A stretch of 64,000 nucleotides of DNA from positions 64,319 to 128,318 of the IMG/VR virus record IMGVR_UViG_3300029787_000005. The stretch is one strand, 5' to 3'. This stretch comes from a virus. The translations under genes and the position numbers were made by a program. Shown here piece after piece: positions 1 to 12,400 of the stretch (its first letter is position 1; each line of letters opens with the position of its first letter). The notes beneath the pieces were generated by a model that was given only the letters and a program-made list of their open reading frames with translations, made no database searches and was not told the DNA's origin.

Positions 1-2
1 AC

Positions 3-3000
3 GAAACTATTGGTGCTTCAAGAACACAAATAAGAAAAGGCACAACAACTGCTAATGTTGAAAATGCTACAATAAGTCAAAACTATGGTAACTATATCAT
101 TGTTGATGAATACTTAGGTAGCTTTGATTTCAATACTGGTGCTGCAATCAAATTACTTGATACAGCTGGTAATAGAATATCAACGTGTCCAGCAGGTTCT
201 GCAGAGACAGTTCCATCTACAAACACTGCAACAGCTGTTTCAGCATCAGCTCCAACATATTCTGGTACCATCATTGGTAATGCAAGAGTAAGATCTGTTG
301 TTTATCACGATGGTGTTGGTGGTAAAGAAGACGGAAAGTATAGGTTATATCTATTTGATATTGTAATGAACCAAGGTAAAAACTTTGCAGACGTAAGAGC
401 TGCTTCTTATTTTACCGGTGCAGATGCTGGTGTAGGTTTTGCTGATGTGGTATTAAACAACGGTAGAGCTGTACTCAATGATACAAACCTAAGAAAATTT
501 GTAGTACCTACTGGTGTGAAAGGTATCAAAACTTTCAATCATAAGACATTAGCTGAGTCGTCATACACATATAGAACAATATCAACTGGTACTGCTGCAA
601 CTAATGGTACCATAGTTATTACATTAACAGGTAACCAAGTCTTTGACTATACTGGTGGTTCAACTCTATCTACTGATCAAGAAAAAGATTTTGTTATTGT
701 AGCTAACAATACATCTGCTCAGACAGCAACATTAACTGGAACTGTAACTACAACTACTTCTAATGTTGTTACTGGTAGTAGTACTACATTTACTACTGAC
801 TTTCAAGTTGGTGATACAATAAGAGTTACTGGATCAGAAGATGAAGTTATCACAGGTATAACAAACTCTACACATTTAACAACAAGAGCAGCTTTCTCAA
901 CTGCTGTTAGTGGTGCTGCATATAGACGATTATATGTTGCAGATAAAGTTATTCATTTGGATGATGTATCCGGAAACACAGGTTCAAATGTTACAATCAG
1001 TACAGACCAGAAGTCTGCTACTATCAATATGTCAAGAGGTTCAACTCTTGAGTCTACATTTGCTTTACATATAACTCATAACATTACAAAAAGACAATCA
1101 GCTCAGAAGAATAAACTTCTATCGGCTAATACTTATGTAAAAATTAACTGTGCAACCAACGCAGATACATCTGTAGGACCTTGGTGCTTAGGAGCTCCAG
1201 ACGTTCTTAATCTACAAAAAGTATATGTTCAATATAATAACTTTACAAGTATTGAAGCTGCAGGTAATGATAAGACTGAACACTTTGAGTTGTTACCAAA
1301 CCAGAAAGATGGATTCTATGATCTATCTAAACTGAAACTAAGAACCGATACTCTTGGTGCACCTACGATTAACAGTACAGCAAGAATACTTGCAGTGTTC
1401 AATCACTTTGTAGAAAGTGGTAGTGGTTTTGGTTATGCTACTGTAGATAGTTATCCTGTTGATGATGACACAGCAACATTACCAGCTGATAAGATGAGAA
1501 CAGAACGTATTCCAATCTACACATCTCCACAGGATGGTCAATCAATTGATCTTAGAGATGCTGTAGACTTTAGACCATATGCTGCTAACACAGCCAATAC
1601 AACTAATGCATTGACTGCTGGAGCTGCAACTACAAACCCAGCTAAAACAGTTTCATTTAGTGGTGAGCAATATCTAGCTGCTCCTGGTAAGTCAATGGCT
1701 GTTGACTACGAACATTACCTACCAAGGATTGATAAACTTATGATGGACACTCAAGGAGTGTTCAGTACAACTGAAGGTGCATCAAATATAAGACCTGTAC
1801 CTCCTCAAGACTCTGCAACAGCTATGACTGTTGGATTGATTACTGTACCTGTCTTTCCATCACTAGCAAGTCTACAAGCTGCTCGTTCAGGTCGACCAGA
1901 CTATGCATATCAAATCTTGAGTAAACAGCAACGTAACTTCACAATGAAAGACATTGGTCAGATCAAAAATGAAGTTAGAAAGATACAATACTACACATCT
2001 CTTAACTTACTAGAGAAACAAGCTATTGATCTTACTATTCCATCATCTGCAAATGCTTCATTAGAGAGATTCAAAAACGGAATACTTGTTGATAACTTTG
2101 TTGATCAAACTGTAGCTGACATTGGAAACAGAGAATTCAAAGCTGGTTACGATAAAGTAAACTCTGTATTGACTTCAAGACAAAAGAATAATGTGATTGA
2201 TATCACACCAAATGCATATTCCAATACAGTAAAAACTGGTGATCTAATCACTCTTACATATGATGCTGTAGCTGAATATGATCAGAGGTCTGCTACAAGA
2301 ACAAGAAACCTAGCTGAGTTGTTCTGGAATTATTCTGGTATTGTAAACGTATTTCCAAATTATGATAACTTTCACGACATCAGACATCCGCCTTCAAATG
2401 ACTTTCATGTTGAGTTAGACTTAACACAAGGTACACGATCGTTGTTGAATAGTATACGAGACCTTGAAGCAATTCAAGAACCTCGTAGTGAAGTTATTGG
2501 TGATACATCAGCAACTAACTTTCTTGGAGCTACACAAAGTTCTGTAGTTAACCAAGTAAGAAGTCCTGTTCCTGGTGGTAGTGTTTCAAGAAATGATACA
2601 ACTACAACAACAGTAAACAACTTTGAAACCATTAGAACTATCAGACGACAGCAAAGTGAAAACCAGTTTCAAACACAAGACATTGTTAATACACAAACTG
2701 TTGGTGAGTTTGTAAGAGACATATCTTTCAATCCATTCATTAGAGAACAGTTGTTATATCTACATGCATTTGGATTAAAACCAAATACAAGACACTACAT
2801 ATACTTTGACTCTAAAGCAGTCAGTACTCAATGTCAACCAGCTACAGTAAATGTTGGTGATGCTATAAATGAGTCTAACTTTAGAACAACTGGTGCTGTA
2901 GGTGATGCAATAAGATCAAATGAATCTGGTGAGGTGTTTGCGGTATTTCATCTTCCAGCAGAAACATATCCAGTTGGTGAAAGACAAGTCAACGTTTCTG

Positions 3001-5279
3001 ATCAAGCAACAGTTGCTGCTGCTTTTGATACTGGATCACAGGCTGGTGGGGTATTCAATGCATATAACTTTGGTATTGATAAGTCTAGCATACAATTGAC
3101 AACAAGACAACTAGGTGTTACAAGATCAAGAGTTGTAACTGGTGAAACAGTTGAAACACAAGCTACTAGATCAAGAAGAACAGAAACAAATACAATTCCT
3201 GGTCCAGGTACATTTGTTGCTAATCCTCCTGCAGCTGCAGTTCCTCCTGCAATTATTACAACACCTCCTCCTACTGCAGCTCCAGAAGATGATGGAGATG
3301 GCGACGGTGATGGAGATCCTTTAGCACAAACATTTATAGTTAAGAATGTTAATACAACCACAGGTCAATTTATCACTAAGATGGATATCTTCTTTGAAAG
3401 TAAAGATCCAGTACTTGGTGTGTTGTTACAGATAAGAACAGTTGAGAATGGTTTTCCATCATCTCACGTTATGCCTAATGGTGAAGTACATCTAAGGTCA
3501 GCTGATGTTAATGTAAGTACTGATGGAACAACAGCAACAACATTTACATTCCCCGCTCCAGTATTCTTGAGAAGTGGATTAGAGTATTGCTTTGTATTGA
3601 AACCTGATGCAAACAATCCAAACTACAACATCTATGTTAGAAAGACTGGTGATACAGATATCACTACAAATACTATAATAAACCAAGATAACTTTGAAGG
3701 TCTTATGTTCTTATCTACAAACAACAGAGCATGGAGACCATATCAACAAGAAGATGTTAAGTTTACAATCTATAGAGCTGAGTTCAATGCATCTGATGGT
3801 AGTGTTGATTATCAGAATGCTGATCATGAATTCTTTACATTGGAAAGTGTCAATGGTACATTTGAACAAGGTGAGAGAGCATTTGTATACAATAATGCAG
3901 CAAACATTACTGGTAATGTTGCATTTTCAACAACCAGCGAAACAGTTACTGGCACAGGTTCGACATTCACATCAGACCTTGCAGTAGGACAGTTTGTTGC
4001 TCTGACTAATGGTACATCTCACTCAGTTAGAGAGGTGACGGCAATAACAAACAACACCATACTAACTGTACGAGGATTTCCAGACTTTACGTCATCTCAA
4101 GCTGATGTTCAATTGACACCAACTGGTGAAATATTCTATTATGAAAGTACTAATCAGCTTAGAGAGATGCATCTAATCAAGTCTACTGCTGCTAATGCTA
4201 CATTCAAATTTGCTAACACAAATAGTATTGTTGGTAGTGAATCTGGTGCAAATGCTACAATCACAGAAGTTGAAAATATTAACATGACTGCATTTGATAA
4301 CATGATATATCAAATCACACCAGCAGATACAGCATTAACTCAATTTCATCAATCAAATACTGCAACTGGACAAACTGCTAATACACAGTTTCCAATCAAC
4401 AACAGAAATAGATTGACTGAAGTTGCTATAATTAAGAGTAGATCAAATGAGATAGTTGATGGAACAGGTAAGTCATTGAAACATACTTTCTTGTTTAACT
4501 CAGCTAAGTCCCATCTATCTCCTGTGCTTGATGATGGTATTAGTAATATACTAAGAGTTGAAAATATAATTAACAACAGTAATACTAATGAGCACTTACC
4601 ATTAACTGGTGATGCAACCGCTAAGTATCTTTCCAAATCTGTTACTTTGGATGAAGGATTAGATGCTGAAGACTTGAGAGTGTTTGTTACAGCTACCAAA
4701 CCTGGTTCAGCTGATGTTGAAATATATGCAAGAATATCTAATGAGTTAGAAGTTGATGACTTTGAGGACAGACATTGGACAAGGTTACAGCTTGAAGGGT
4801 TCAATAAACAATCAGCTCCAGGTTCAATAGATGACTTTGCTGAGTATGAATATAGAATACCCGATACACCTCCATCAACATTGCTTGTTGGTAAAGGTCT
4901 TGCTGATAATGCAAATGCATTGATTGCAACAACTGATGATCAATCTAGTGCACTATCTGCAGGAGACTTGATAAAGATAGTTAACACAGATGCATCAATA
5001 GATTATCAAATTGAAACAGTAACTGCAGTTAACTCTACAGTTGTTACAGTTGGAAATGCAATCAGCTTTGATAACACACAAGCAGATATACTGAAGGTAG
5101 ACACGCCTCAGACAGCGTTTAAAGACCCTCAGAACGAGTTCATTGCAACATACTACAATAGTAGTCAGAATAAATTTGATACATTCAAAAACTTTCAGAT
5201 TAAGATTGTATTGAAGAGTGGTAATGCTGCATTAGCACCAAGGGTAAGGGACTTCAGAGCTCTGGCATTGAGTATTTAA
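3..5279 (+). CDS. Large virion structural protein (VrlC-like / baseplate-tail associated), 5'-truncated by the window
   Basis: The frame of the 366..5279 ORF stays open back to base 3. Motifs RFKNGILVDNF, DPLAQTF, YLPRIDKL and C-terminal PRVRDFRALAL are typical of the large VrlC-like proteins of marine T4-like phages. Confidence 0.8.
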   Translation, partial: ETIGASRTQIRKGTTTANVENATISQNYGNYIIVDEYLGSFDFNTGAAIKLLDTAGNRISTCPAGSAETVPSTNTATAVSASAPTYSGTIIGNARVRSVVYHDGVGGKEDGKYRLYLFDIVMNQGKNFADVRAASYFTGADAGVGFADVVLNNGRAVLNDTNLRKFVVPTGVKGIKTFNHKTLAESSYTYRTISTGTAATNGTIVITLTGNQVFDYTGGSTLSTDQEKDFVIVANNTSAQTATLTGTVTTTTSNVVTGSSTTFTTDFQVGDTIRVTGSEDEVITGITNSTHLTTRAAFSTAVSGAAYRRLYVADKVIHLDDVSGNTGSNVTISTDQKSATINMSRGSTLESTFALHITHNITKRQSAQKNKLLSANTYVKINCATNADTSVGPWCLGAPDVLNLQKVYVQYNNFTSIEAAGNDKTEHFELLPNQKDGFYDLSKLKLRTDTLGAPTINSTARILAVFNHFVESGSGFGYATVDSYPVDDDTATLPADKMRTERIPIYTSPQDGQSIDLRDAVDFRPYAANTANTTNALTAGAATTNPAKTVSFSGEQYLAAPGKSMAVDYEHYLPRIDKLMMDTQGVFSTTEGASNIRPVPPQDSATAMTVGLITVPVFPSLASLQAARSGRPDYAYQILSKQQRNFTMKDIGQIKNEVRKIQYYTSLNLLEKQAIDLTIPSSANASLERFKNGILVDNFVDQTVADIGNREFKAGYDKVNSVLTSRQKNNVIDITPNAYSNTVKTGDLITLTYDAVAEYDQRSATRTRNLAELFWNYSGIVNVFPNYDNFHDIRHPPSNDFHVELDLTQGTRSLLNSIRDLEAIQEPRSEVIGDTSATNFLGATQSSVVNQVRSPVPGGSVSRNDTTTTTVNNFETIRTIRRQQSENQFQTQDIVNTQTVGEFVRDISFNPFIREQLLYLHAFGLKPNTRHYIYFDSKAVSTQCQPATVNVGDAINESNFRTTGAVGDAIRSNESGEVFAVFHLPAETYPVGERQVNVSDQATVAAAFDTGSQAGGVFNAYNFGIDKSSIQLTTRQLGVTRSRVVTGETVETQATRSRRTETNTIPGPGTFVANPPAAAVPPAIITTPPPTAAPEDDGDGDGDGDPLAQTFIVKNVNTTTGQFITKMDIFFESKDPVLGVLLQIRTVENGFPSSHVMPNGEVHLRSADVNVSTDGTTATTFTFPAPVFLRSGLEYCFVLKPDANNPNYNIYVRKTGDTDITTNTIINQDNFEGLMFLSTNNRAWRPYQQEDVKFTIYRAEFNASDGSVDYQNADHEFFTLESVNGTFEQGERAFVYNNAANITGNVAFSTTSETVTGTGSTFTSDLAVGQFVALTNGTSHSVREVTAITNNTILTVRGFPDFTSSQADVQLTPTGEIFYYESTNQLREMHLIKSTAANATFKFANTNSIVGSESGANATITEVENINMTAFDNMIYQITPADTALTQFHQSNTATGQTANTQFPINNRNRLTEVAIIKSRSNEIVDGTGKSLKHTFLFNSAKSHLSPVLDDGISNILRVENIINNSNTNEHLPLTGDATAKYLSKSVTLDEGLDAEDLRVFVTATKPGSADVEIYARISNELEVDDFEDRHWTRLQLEGFNKQSAPGSIDDFAEYEYRIPDTPPSTLLVGKGLADNANALIATTDDQSSALSAGDLIKIVNTDASIDYQIETVTAVNSTVVTVGNAISFDNTQADILKVDTPQTAFKDPQNEFIATYYNSSQNKFDTFKNFQIKIVLKSGNAALAPRVRDFRALALSI

Positions 5280-5280
5280 C

Positions 5281-5496
5281 ATGTCAGATCAAATACGATA
5301 TGAAACAGATAACGATTCTTTTGATCGGGATCCTAACTCCATGGCTCTTATAAATACAGATAGGAATGCCTACTCACTCTATAAGAGTCGTAGGAAAGAC
5401 GCGCTTGCAGCAAGACAACTACATAATGATGTAGAAGAACTCAAGTCTGATATTGGTGAGATCAAACGAATGATACAGAATTTAGCTAGAGGATAG
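5281..5496 (+). CDS. Small conserved hypothetical protein with C-terminal coiled coil
   Basis: 71-aa ORF directly after the VrlC-like gene; RDPNSMALINTD...LKSDIGEIK pattern as in small proteins at this position in T4-like marine phages. Confidence 0.65.
   Translation: MSDQIRYETDNDSFDRDPNSMALINTDRNAYSLYKSRRKDALAARQLHNDVEELKSDIGEIKRMIQNLARG
5349..5356 (+). promoter_or_regulatory. T4-type late promoter TATAAATA
   Basis: Exact gp55 consensus about 140 nt upstream of the 5498 tail-fibre gene. Confidence 0.5.
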
Positions 5497-5497
5497 T

Positions 5498-6157
5498 ATG
5501 GCAAAAACATCTTACTTAGGAGCTAATATAGCAGTAGCTACTGATACGTTTAGAGAATGGGTTGAGAGAACTAACCAGCTCGTATATGATCAAGGAACTA
5601 TTGTTATAACTGCTGGAGCAGTTGCTCTACCAAATTCAACTAACCATACTATAACATCAGGTAACGGTCATGTCAACGGTATCTTTTCTGCAAATACATT
5701 AGTAGCAAAAGATAATATAAGAGGTGGTACAGTACAAACTGCTGCTGCCATGACTCTTGCATCTAATCTTCATGCATCTGCAAATATCACTCATGATATT
5801 GGTACACCAACAATGCAGTTTGGAAATGGATACTTTAAGAATGTATTAGCATCAGGAGATGTTGAAGCTAGTTATTCTTCTGACATTGCTTTGAAAACTG
5901 ATCTACAAAAAATGGAAAATGCAGTAGAGGTATGTAGAAACCTTAATGGCTATATGTTTAAATGGAAGACAGATGATCAAAAGAATGGTCAGACTGATCT
6001 AGGTGTTATTGCTCAAGAGATAGAAGCTGAATTACCATTTCTTGTATCAACAAATGGAAATGGAAACAAGGCTGTTAAATACCAGTCGCTCATTCCTCTG
6101 TTAATAGAAGCTGTAAAAGAGCTTGACAAGAGAGTTGAAGAATTGGAGAAAGACTAA
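5498..6157 (+). CDS. Tail fibre protein with C-terminal intramolecular chaperone (peptidase S74) domain
   Basis: SSDIALKTDL...GVIAQEIE...V.YQSLIPLLIEAVKEL plus terminal coiled coil is the S74 autocleaving chaperone signature; N-terminal DTFREWVERTN. Confidence 0.8.
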   Translation: MAKTSYLGANIAVATDTFREWVERTNQLVYDQGTIVITAGAVALPNSTNHTITSGNGHVNGIFSANTLVAKDNIRGGTVQTAAAMTLASNLHASANITHDIGTPTMQFGNGYFKNVLASGDVEASYSSDIALKTDLQKMENAVEVCRNLNGYMFKWKTDDQKNGQTDLGVIAQEIEAELPFLVSTNGNGNKAVKYQSLIPLLIEAVKELDKRVEELEKD

Positions 6158-6450
6158 TGCCATTAAAAGTTAACGGTGTTACGATTGTTAACAGCACAGC
6201 CAATGTGCAAACATCTACACTGCCGGATACAGGCATATCAACAGGCAACTTTGGAAACACGACCTTTGCTGTCACGGCAAATGTAACTAGTAGAGGACTT
6301 GTTAATGCTATAAGTGTAGCAGCCATTACAAAGACATCACGTAACTTTGAAGCTGCATCTAATAATGATTCCGAGTATGTTGTCTACGTTAGTACATCGA
6401 CACCTTCTGGTGGCGCTAATGGAGATATCTGGTACCAGACATTTAGTTGA
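6157..6450 (+). CDS. Small tail-fibre-associated protein
   Basis: 97 aa, ends in YVSTSTPSGGANGDIWYQ, a common fibre-tip motif; start overlaps the upstream stop (TAATG). Confidence 0.6.
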   Translation: MPLKVNGVTIVNSTANVQTSTLPDTGISTGNFGNTTFAVTANVTSRGLVNAISVAAITKTSRNFEAASNNDSEYVVYVSTSTPSGGANGDIWYQTFS

Positions 6451-6464
6451 GGCATATATAAAGT

Positions 6465-9400
6465 ATGTCTTACTCTAATCGACTTTACGCAAAAGAATAT
6501 GCTGGAGGGGATCGAACCTTTGAGGTTTCGTATACTGGTACTGGTACCAGGACTCCTTACATCGTATACACGAATGCGTTCCATGGATTCTATAATGGAT
6601 TCGAGGGAGTCTATACTAATAGTAGGACATCAACTCTTGCATGGCAAACAAACTTTGCTGGAGCATACACAGCTTCATATGAAGGCTTTGTAAACTATAA
6701 TTCAGACGATACAGATACTTACTCAAAAGCATATACATCATTAAAGAACTTTACTGGTCAATTAGGATACAGAAAAGACTATTCAGCCACAGGTAATCAA
6801 CCAGATAATATCTGGTCTACAATGAACATCTTGGCTAACTACAGTGGTACATATAGTACTGATATTGCATACAGCCGTGTTGTTGGTTATGTTGGCGATG
6901 GAAACTATGATGGTGCAGCATATACAGCTACATGGGTTGGAGAGCTAGCATACACACCAACATATAGTGGATTTGTTGGCTTTGCTTCATATACAAAAAC
7001 ATATGAAGGTTCAACAACATATACCAAAACATACACTAAGACATATGTTGGTAACACAATATACCAAGCTGAGTGGCAGAGAGACTACTTAAAAGCATAT
7101 GGTGGTACAGCAACCTATACAAAAGCGTATACTGTTGATGTAAACTACGACAAAGATTATTCTGCTGGTGCATGGGTAGGAGCAGACAGTTTCGTAGTTT
7201 ATAGTAAAGACTATGGTGGTGCAATAACATATCTTGATTCTACTGGTGCTGGTTTCACAGGGTTTGTTAACTACACCAAGGGTTATCAGGCTACACAATT
7301 CTATACAAAGACATATGTTGGTACAGTAGATTATAACAAAAACTATGTTGGTGCTGCTGATTACACTAAGGCATACACTGGCCGTGCTTCATACATGGCT
7401 GAAGAGAACTTCAATAAAAACTATACAAAAGCATATACAACAGTAGCTGACTTTACAAGAGTGTGGTCTGGTGGCTTGTCATATCTTGGTAACGTAAACT
7501 ATGATGGACTAACATACACAGGCACATATGCTGGTGATACAAACTATCAAACTCTTGTATACTATGTTGGAACATCTGACTATGTTGGTACATATGAAGG
7601 TCTGGCAGACAATTCATATCTTGGTTCTGCATTTGTTGGTGTATATGAAAAAGATTACATTGGTAACTATTTTAGAATATACACTAAGATCTGGCAAAAA
7701 GATTATGTAACAGATTACAACAAGAACTATGTAAAAACTTATACTAAAAGATATGAAAAGTTATATGTTGGTGATTACGTTGCTGCATATCGGACATCAT
7801 ATCACAAAGATTATGATAAAGTCTATTCTAAAATATGGACAAAAGCATACGAAGTTCCATATACCAAGATTTATTCTAAAGATTGGGAAAAGACATATAC
7901 CAAAATCTATACAAAAGTTTGGACAAAAGACTACCTTGAAGATTATGGCAAAGCATGGCTTGGCATATACAACAAAGATTATATCAAACTATACAACAAA
8001 GTATATTCCAAAGATTGGGTTAAAGATTACGGAAAAGCATATGTAGGTCCAGTCTACTATGGAGGATTTGCATCCGGTTCTCAAACAACTGCATACAATA
8101 AAGTTTGGCAGAAAGCATATACAGCTGATTATACAAAAGATTGGGAAAAGGCATATGTCAAATCCTACGAAGGTAGCTTTGATGCAACATATACTAAAAA
8201 CTGGTTAACAGATTATGCAGCAGACTATTCCAAAGACTGGGTTAAAGCATATGCTAAAGACTATGATAAAGTTTGGAATGCTACTTACGAAAAAGATTAT
8301 GGCGCCGACTATACCAAGATATGGACTAAGAACTATGATGAGTCTTGGGCCAAGGAATGGGAAAAAGATTACGGCAAGACATATACAAAAATCTGGACTA
8401 AGATTTGGCAGAAAGATTATGTTACAGATTATGAAAAAGACTATGGTAAGACATATACCACTGACTATCTAAAAGACTATGTTGCAACATACAACAAAGA
8501 TTATGTTGCAAACTATGATCAAATATATCTTAAAAATTGGTCTAAAGACTATGCAGAAGACTATACTAAGATATGGGAAAAAGCATACGATGCAGCTTAT
8601 ACTAAGATATGGGTTGGAACGTATGAGAAAAACTGGGTCAAAGCATACGAGAAAAATTATGTCAAGGCTTACATAAAAGCATATGGTAAGACTTGGGAAA
8701 AAGACTATGTCACAGATTATGATAAAGTCTATACAAAAGCATACAACAAAGGTTATGTCAAAGCATACACTGCTGCATATACTAAGATCTGGAATAGAGA
8801 TTGGGTCAAAGCATATGCTAAGGTTTGGCTTGGTGAGTATACAAAAATTTGGGATAGAAATTGGGAAAAAGACTATTCCAAGGCATATGAAAAAGCATGG
8901 GTTGGTGTATACAGCAAAGACTATGTTACATCTTACCATGTTCCATATGATAACTTTGACACCACTGTTCTATTACTAAATGCTGAAATACCAAATGCAA
9001 CTGATGGTGATGTAGAGTTTATTGATGCATCTGATCAAGGTAACCATGTTACAACTGTACACGGTAGTGCTGCTAAGAGTACAGATCAAAAGAAATTTGG
9101 TTCTGCAGCTATAGAAGTTCCAAGCAGTGGTTCTAGTGGTCTAACAATTAACTTTGCAGATGATGACTTCAACTTTCAAAATGAAGACTTTACAATTGAG
9201 TTTTGGTTAAGAGCTCCTGGTACAAACAATGCTACAATCTTAGAAGCATACGATCATTCTGACAATAGTGTCAAATGGGCTATCAGAGGTAACGATGCAT
9301 CTAGTCCTAGTGAGATAATATTCTACGAAGGAACAACTGCTAGAGTTACAGCAGATGACAATAGTCCTTGGTCATCTGATACATTTAATCATGTTGCAAT

Positions 9401-12400
9401 TGTAAGAATAAGCAACGCAATCAAAGTATACATTAATGGTACAGCTGATGCAGCAACGTATACCTCAGCTGCTAACTTAACTGGAGCCACTAGATTAGTA
9501 ATTGGTAACAGAAGACAATTAGATGCATCTGTTGGTGGTTTCATTGATGACCTTAGAATAGACAAAACCAATGGTAAGTATACTGGTAACTTTAATGTTA
9601 CTGATAATGAGACAGCTCAAGAACAAATAAATTCTGCCGATTGGACATCATTCCAAAAAGCATATGTTAAAACATACAGTGCAGACTATACTAAGATCTG
9701 GGCAAAGGATTATGATAAGACATACGAAGGTGTCTTTGATGCAAGTTATGAAAAAGCATATGATAAAGTATATACAAAGGTATGGGAAAAAGATTACGTC
9801 ACAGATTATACCAAGGTCTGGAATAAGAACTGGGAAAAGGCATACGATAAAGTATACACTAAAGCCTGGGTTGGAGCGTATACTAAAATATATGTAGGTC
9901 CAGTTTACTATGGTGGTTTCGCATCAGGATCACAGACAACAAACTATACCAAAGTTTGGGAAGGTAGCTTTGATGCTGACTATACTAAAATTTGGAACAA
10001 AGATTATGAAAAAGCATACGATAAAATCTATACCAAAAACTGGGTAAAAGCATACGATAAGACATACACTAAAGACTGGGTCAAGGCATATGCTAAGACA
10101 TGGACTGGTGTATATACTAAGATATGGACAAAAGATTACGATAAAGTTTATACTAAAATTTGGAACAAAGACTATGTAAAAGATTACGTCAATGTTTGGG
10201 TTGGTGAATGGGTCAAGAATTGGGTTAAAGATTACGAAGGTTCTTTTGATGCAACATACAACAAAGTTTGGGTGAAAGCATATTCCAAAGACTATGATAA
10301 AGTATATGAAGGTTCTTTTGATGCCACATATGAGAAGGCATACTCTAAAGACTATGATAAGGTCTATGAGACAGATTGGAACAAAGAGTATGTTGAAACA
10401 TATGAAAAAGACTATACTAAGATATGGACTAAGAACTGGGTCAAGAATTATGATACTGAATACGAAAAGCAGTATGATAAAGATTGGGTTAAGGCATACG
10501 AGAAAGATTATGTAGCTGCATATGACAAGAACTGGGATGCAGTCTACAACAAAGATTGGGTCAAAGCCTACGATAAGGTTTATACTAAGTTATGGGCTAA
10601 AGACTATGAAGCTGCTTATACCAAGATTTGGGATAGAGCTTGGGTCAAGAGTTACGATAAAAACTGGGTCAAGACTTATACCAAAGACTGGAACAAAGTA
10701 TATGTTAAGACGTATACTAAAAATTGGGTTAAAAATTACGAGACAGATTACTCAACTGATTACGGTAAGACATATACAAAAGCATATGAAGCTCACTATA
10801 CAAGAGACTTCCTCAAGTTATGGCAAGGTGAGTATACTAAGAACTATGACAAAGACTACTTAAAAGACTATGTCAAAACGTATACTAAAAACTGGGTCAA
10901 AGATTACGAGACTGACTATACTCAAGAGTATCAAGGTACTTACACCAAAGCCTATGAAGGTATCTTTGCAACATTTATCAAATACTATCTCGGTGCTAAA
11001 AACTGGGAAGGTAATATAAACTACACCAAGAACTATACTGGTCTAAGGTATTATGGTAAGGCTTGGGGTACTGAGTATGCAAAAACTTGGACTGGTAACT
11101 ATACTCACGCATACGAAAAAGATTATGTTAAGAACTATGATGCTGACTATACAAAAGATTGGACCGCAACATATACCAAGGCATATGTTAAGAACTATGA
11201 TAAAGTATACACCAAAGTATGGGCTAAAGATTGGACCAAGGCTTATGTTGATGGGTCTGGTGATACCTATACTAAGGTATGGTCAGCAGATTATGCTGCA
11301 GACTATACTAAGGCTTGGAACAAAGATTATGAAAAAGCATACGATAAAGTTTGGAACAAAGTATATACCAAGTCTTGGGAAAAGGGTTACGTTAAGAATT
11401 ATGATAAAGAGTATGTTGCTAACTATACTGGATCGTATGGAGGTGCAGCAGCTTATCTAAAAGCATATGCTGGAACAACTGATTACTCAGGTCCTGTTAA
11501 CTATACTAAGACTTGGGAAGGACCATACATAGCCAGCTTTGCACCATCGTATACTGGTGATAGTGACTTTACACAAAGATATACTGGTGCACTAACAAGG
11601 AATGTTCCTTACGAAGGTACAACAAGTTTTGTAGGTCCTTCTGGTGGTCAGCTTGATTCTAACCTTGCTGGTCAACCTAAACTTCATATTATGCAAGACA
11701 ATACTTGGAAGAATGTCAAGCAATTGTTTGTACATGCATCTGGTCAGTGGAAGAAAGTCAAGTACTTAAATACTAAACAAGGTGATACTTGGAAGCTAGC
11801 ATACATTGGTTACGATACAACTGATATCTTCTTAGATGAAGGTGAAGTTCTTACTAGCGATAGTGATGCAGGTTCAGCTCGAGGTCACGATCTTCATATG
11901 GGTAAGATCACTTACTATGTAAATGACTTCAACTTAAAATCATATCTTGAAGCTAAAGGTAAGACACCAGATACTGTTCCACAATTAGTGAACATATTTG
12001 TTGGTGTAAAAGATGACTATACTAAGAACTTTGTATTTGGTTCTACAGCAAATAATATTCCTGCTGTAAACTTAAATATGGATTCTGTTACAGCTAATGT
12101 TTCAGGAGATACACAAGCAGAGATCAAACACCTTGTACGCATTGTAAACTACACAACTGGATTCATCGTAGGTAAAGGTGGAGATGGTGGTGATGCAAAT
12201 GGAAGCACAAGAGGTCTAGGCAGCCATGGTAGTGATGGTGGTCATGCTATTGAGTCTGGAGCCAATGTACATCTGTTTGTAGAAAACTATGGTACTATTG
12301 GTGGTGGCGGTGGTGGTGGAGGTGCATCTGGTATCTCTGATCCATACAGTAAAGAATCTGGTGTGTACACAACTACATATCTTGGTGACACATATCATGG

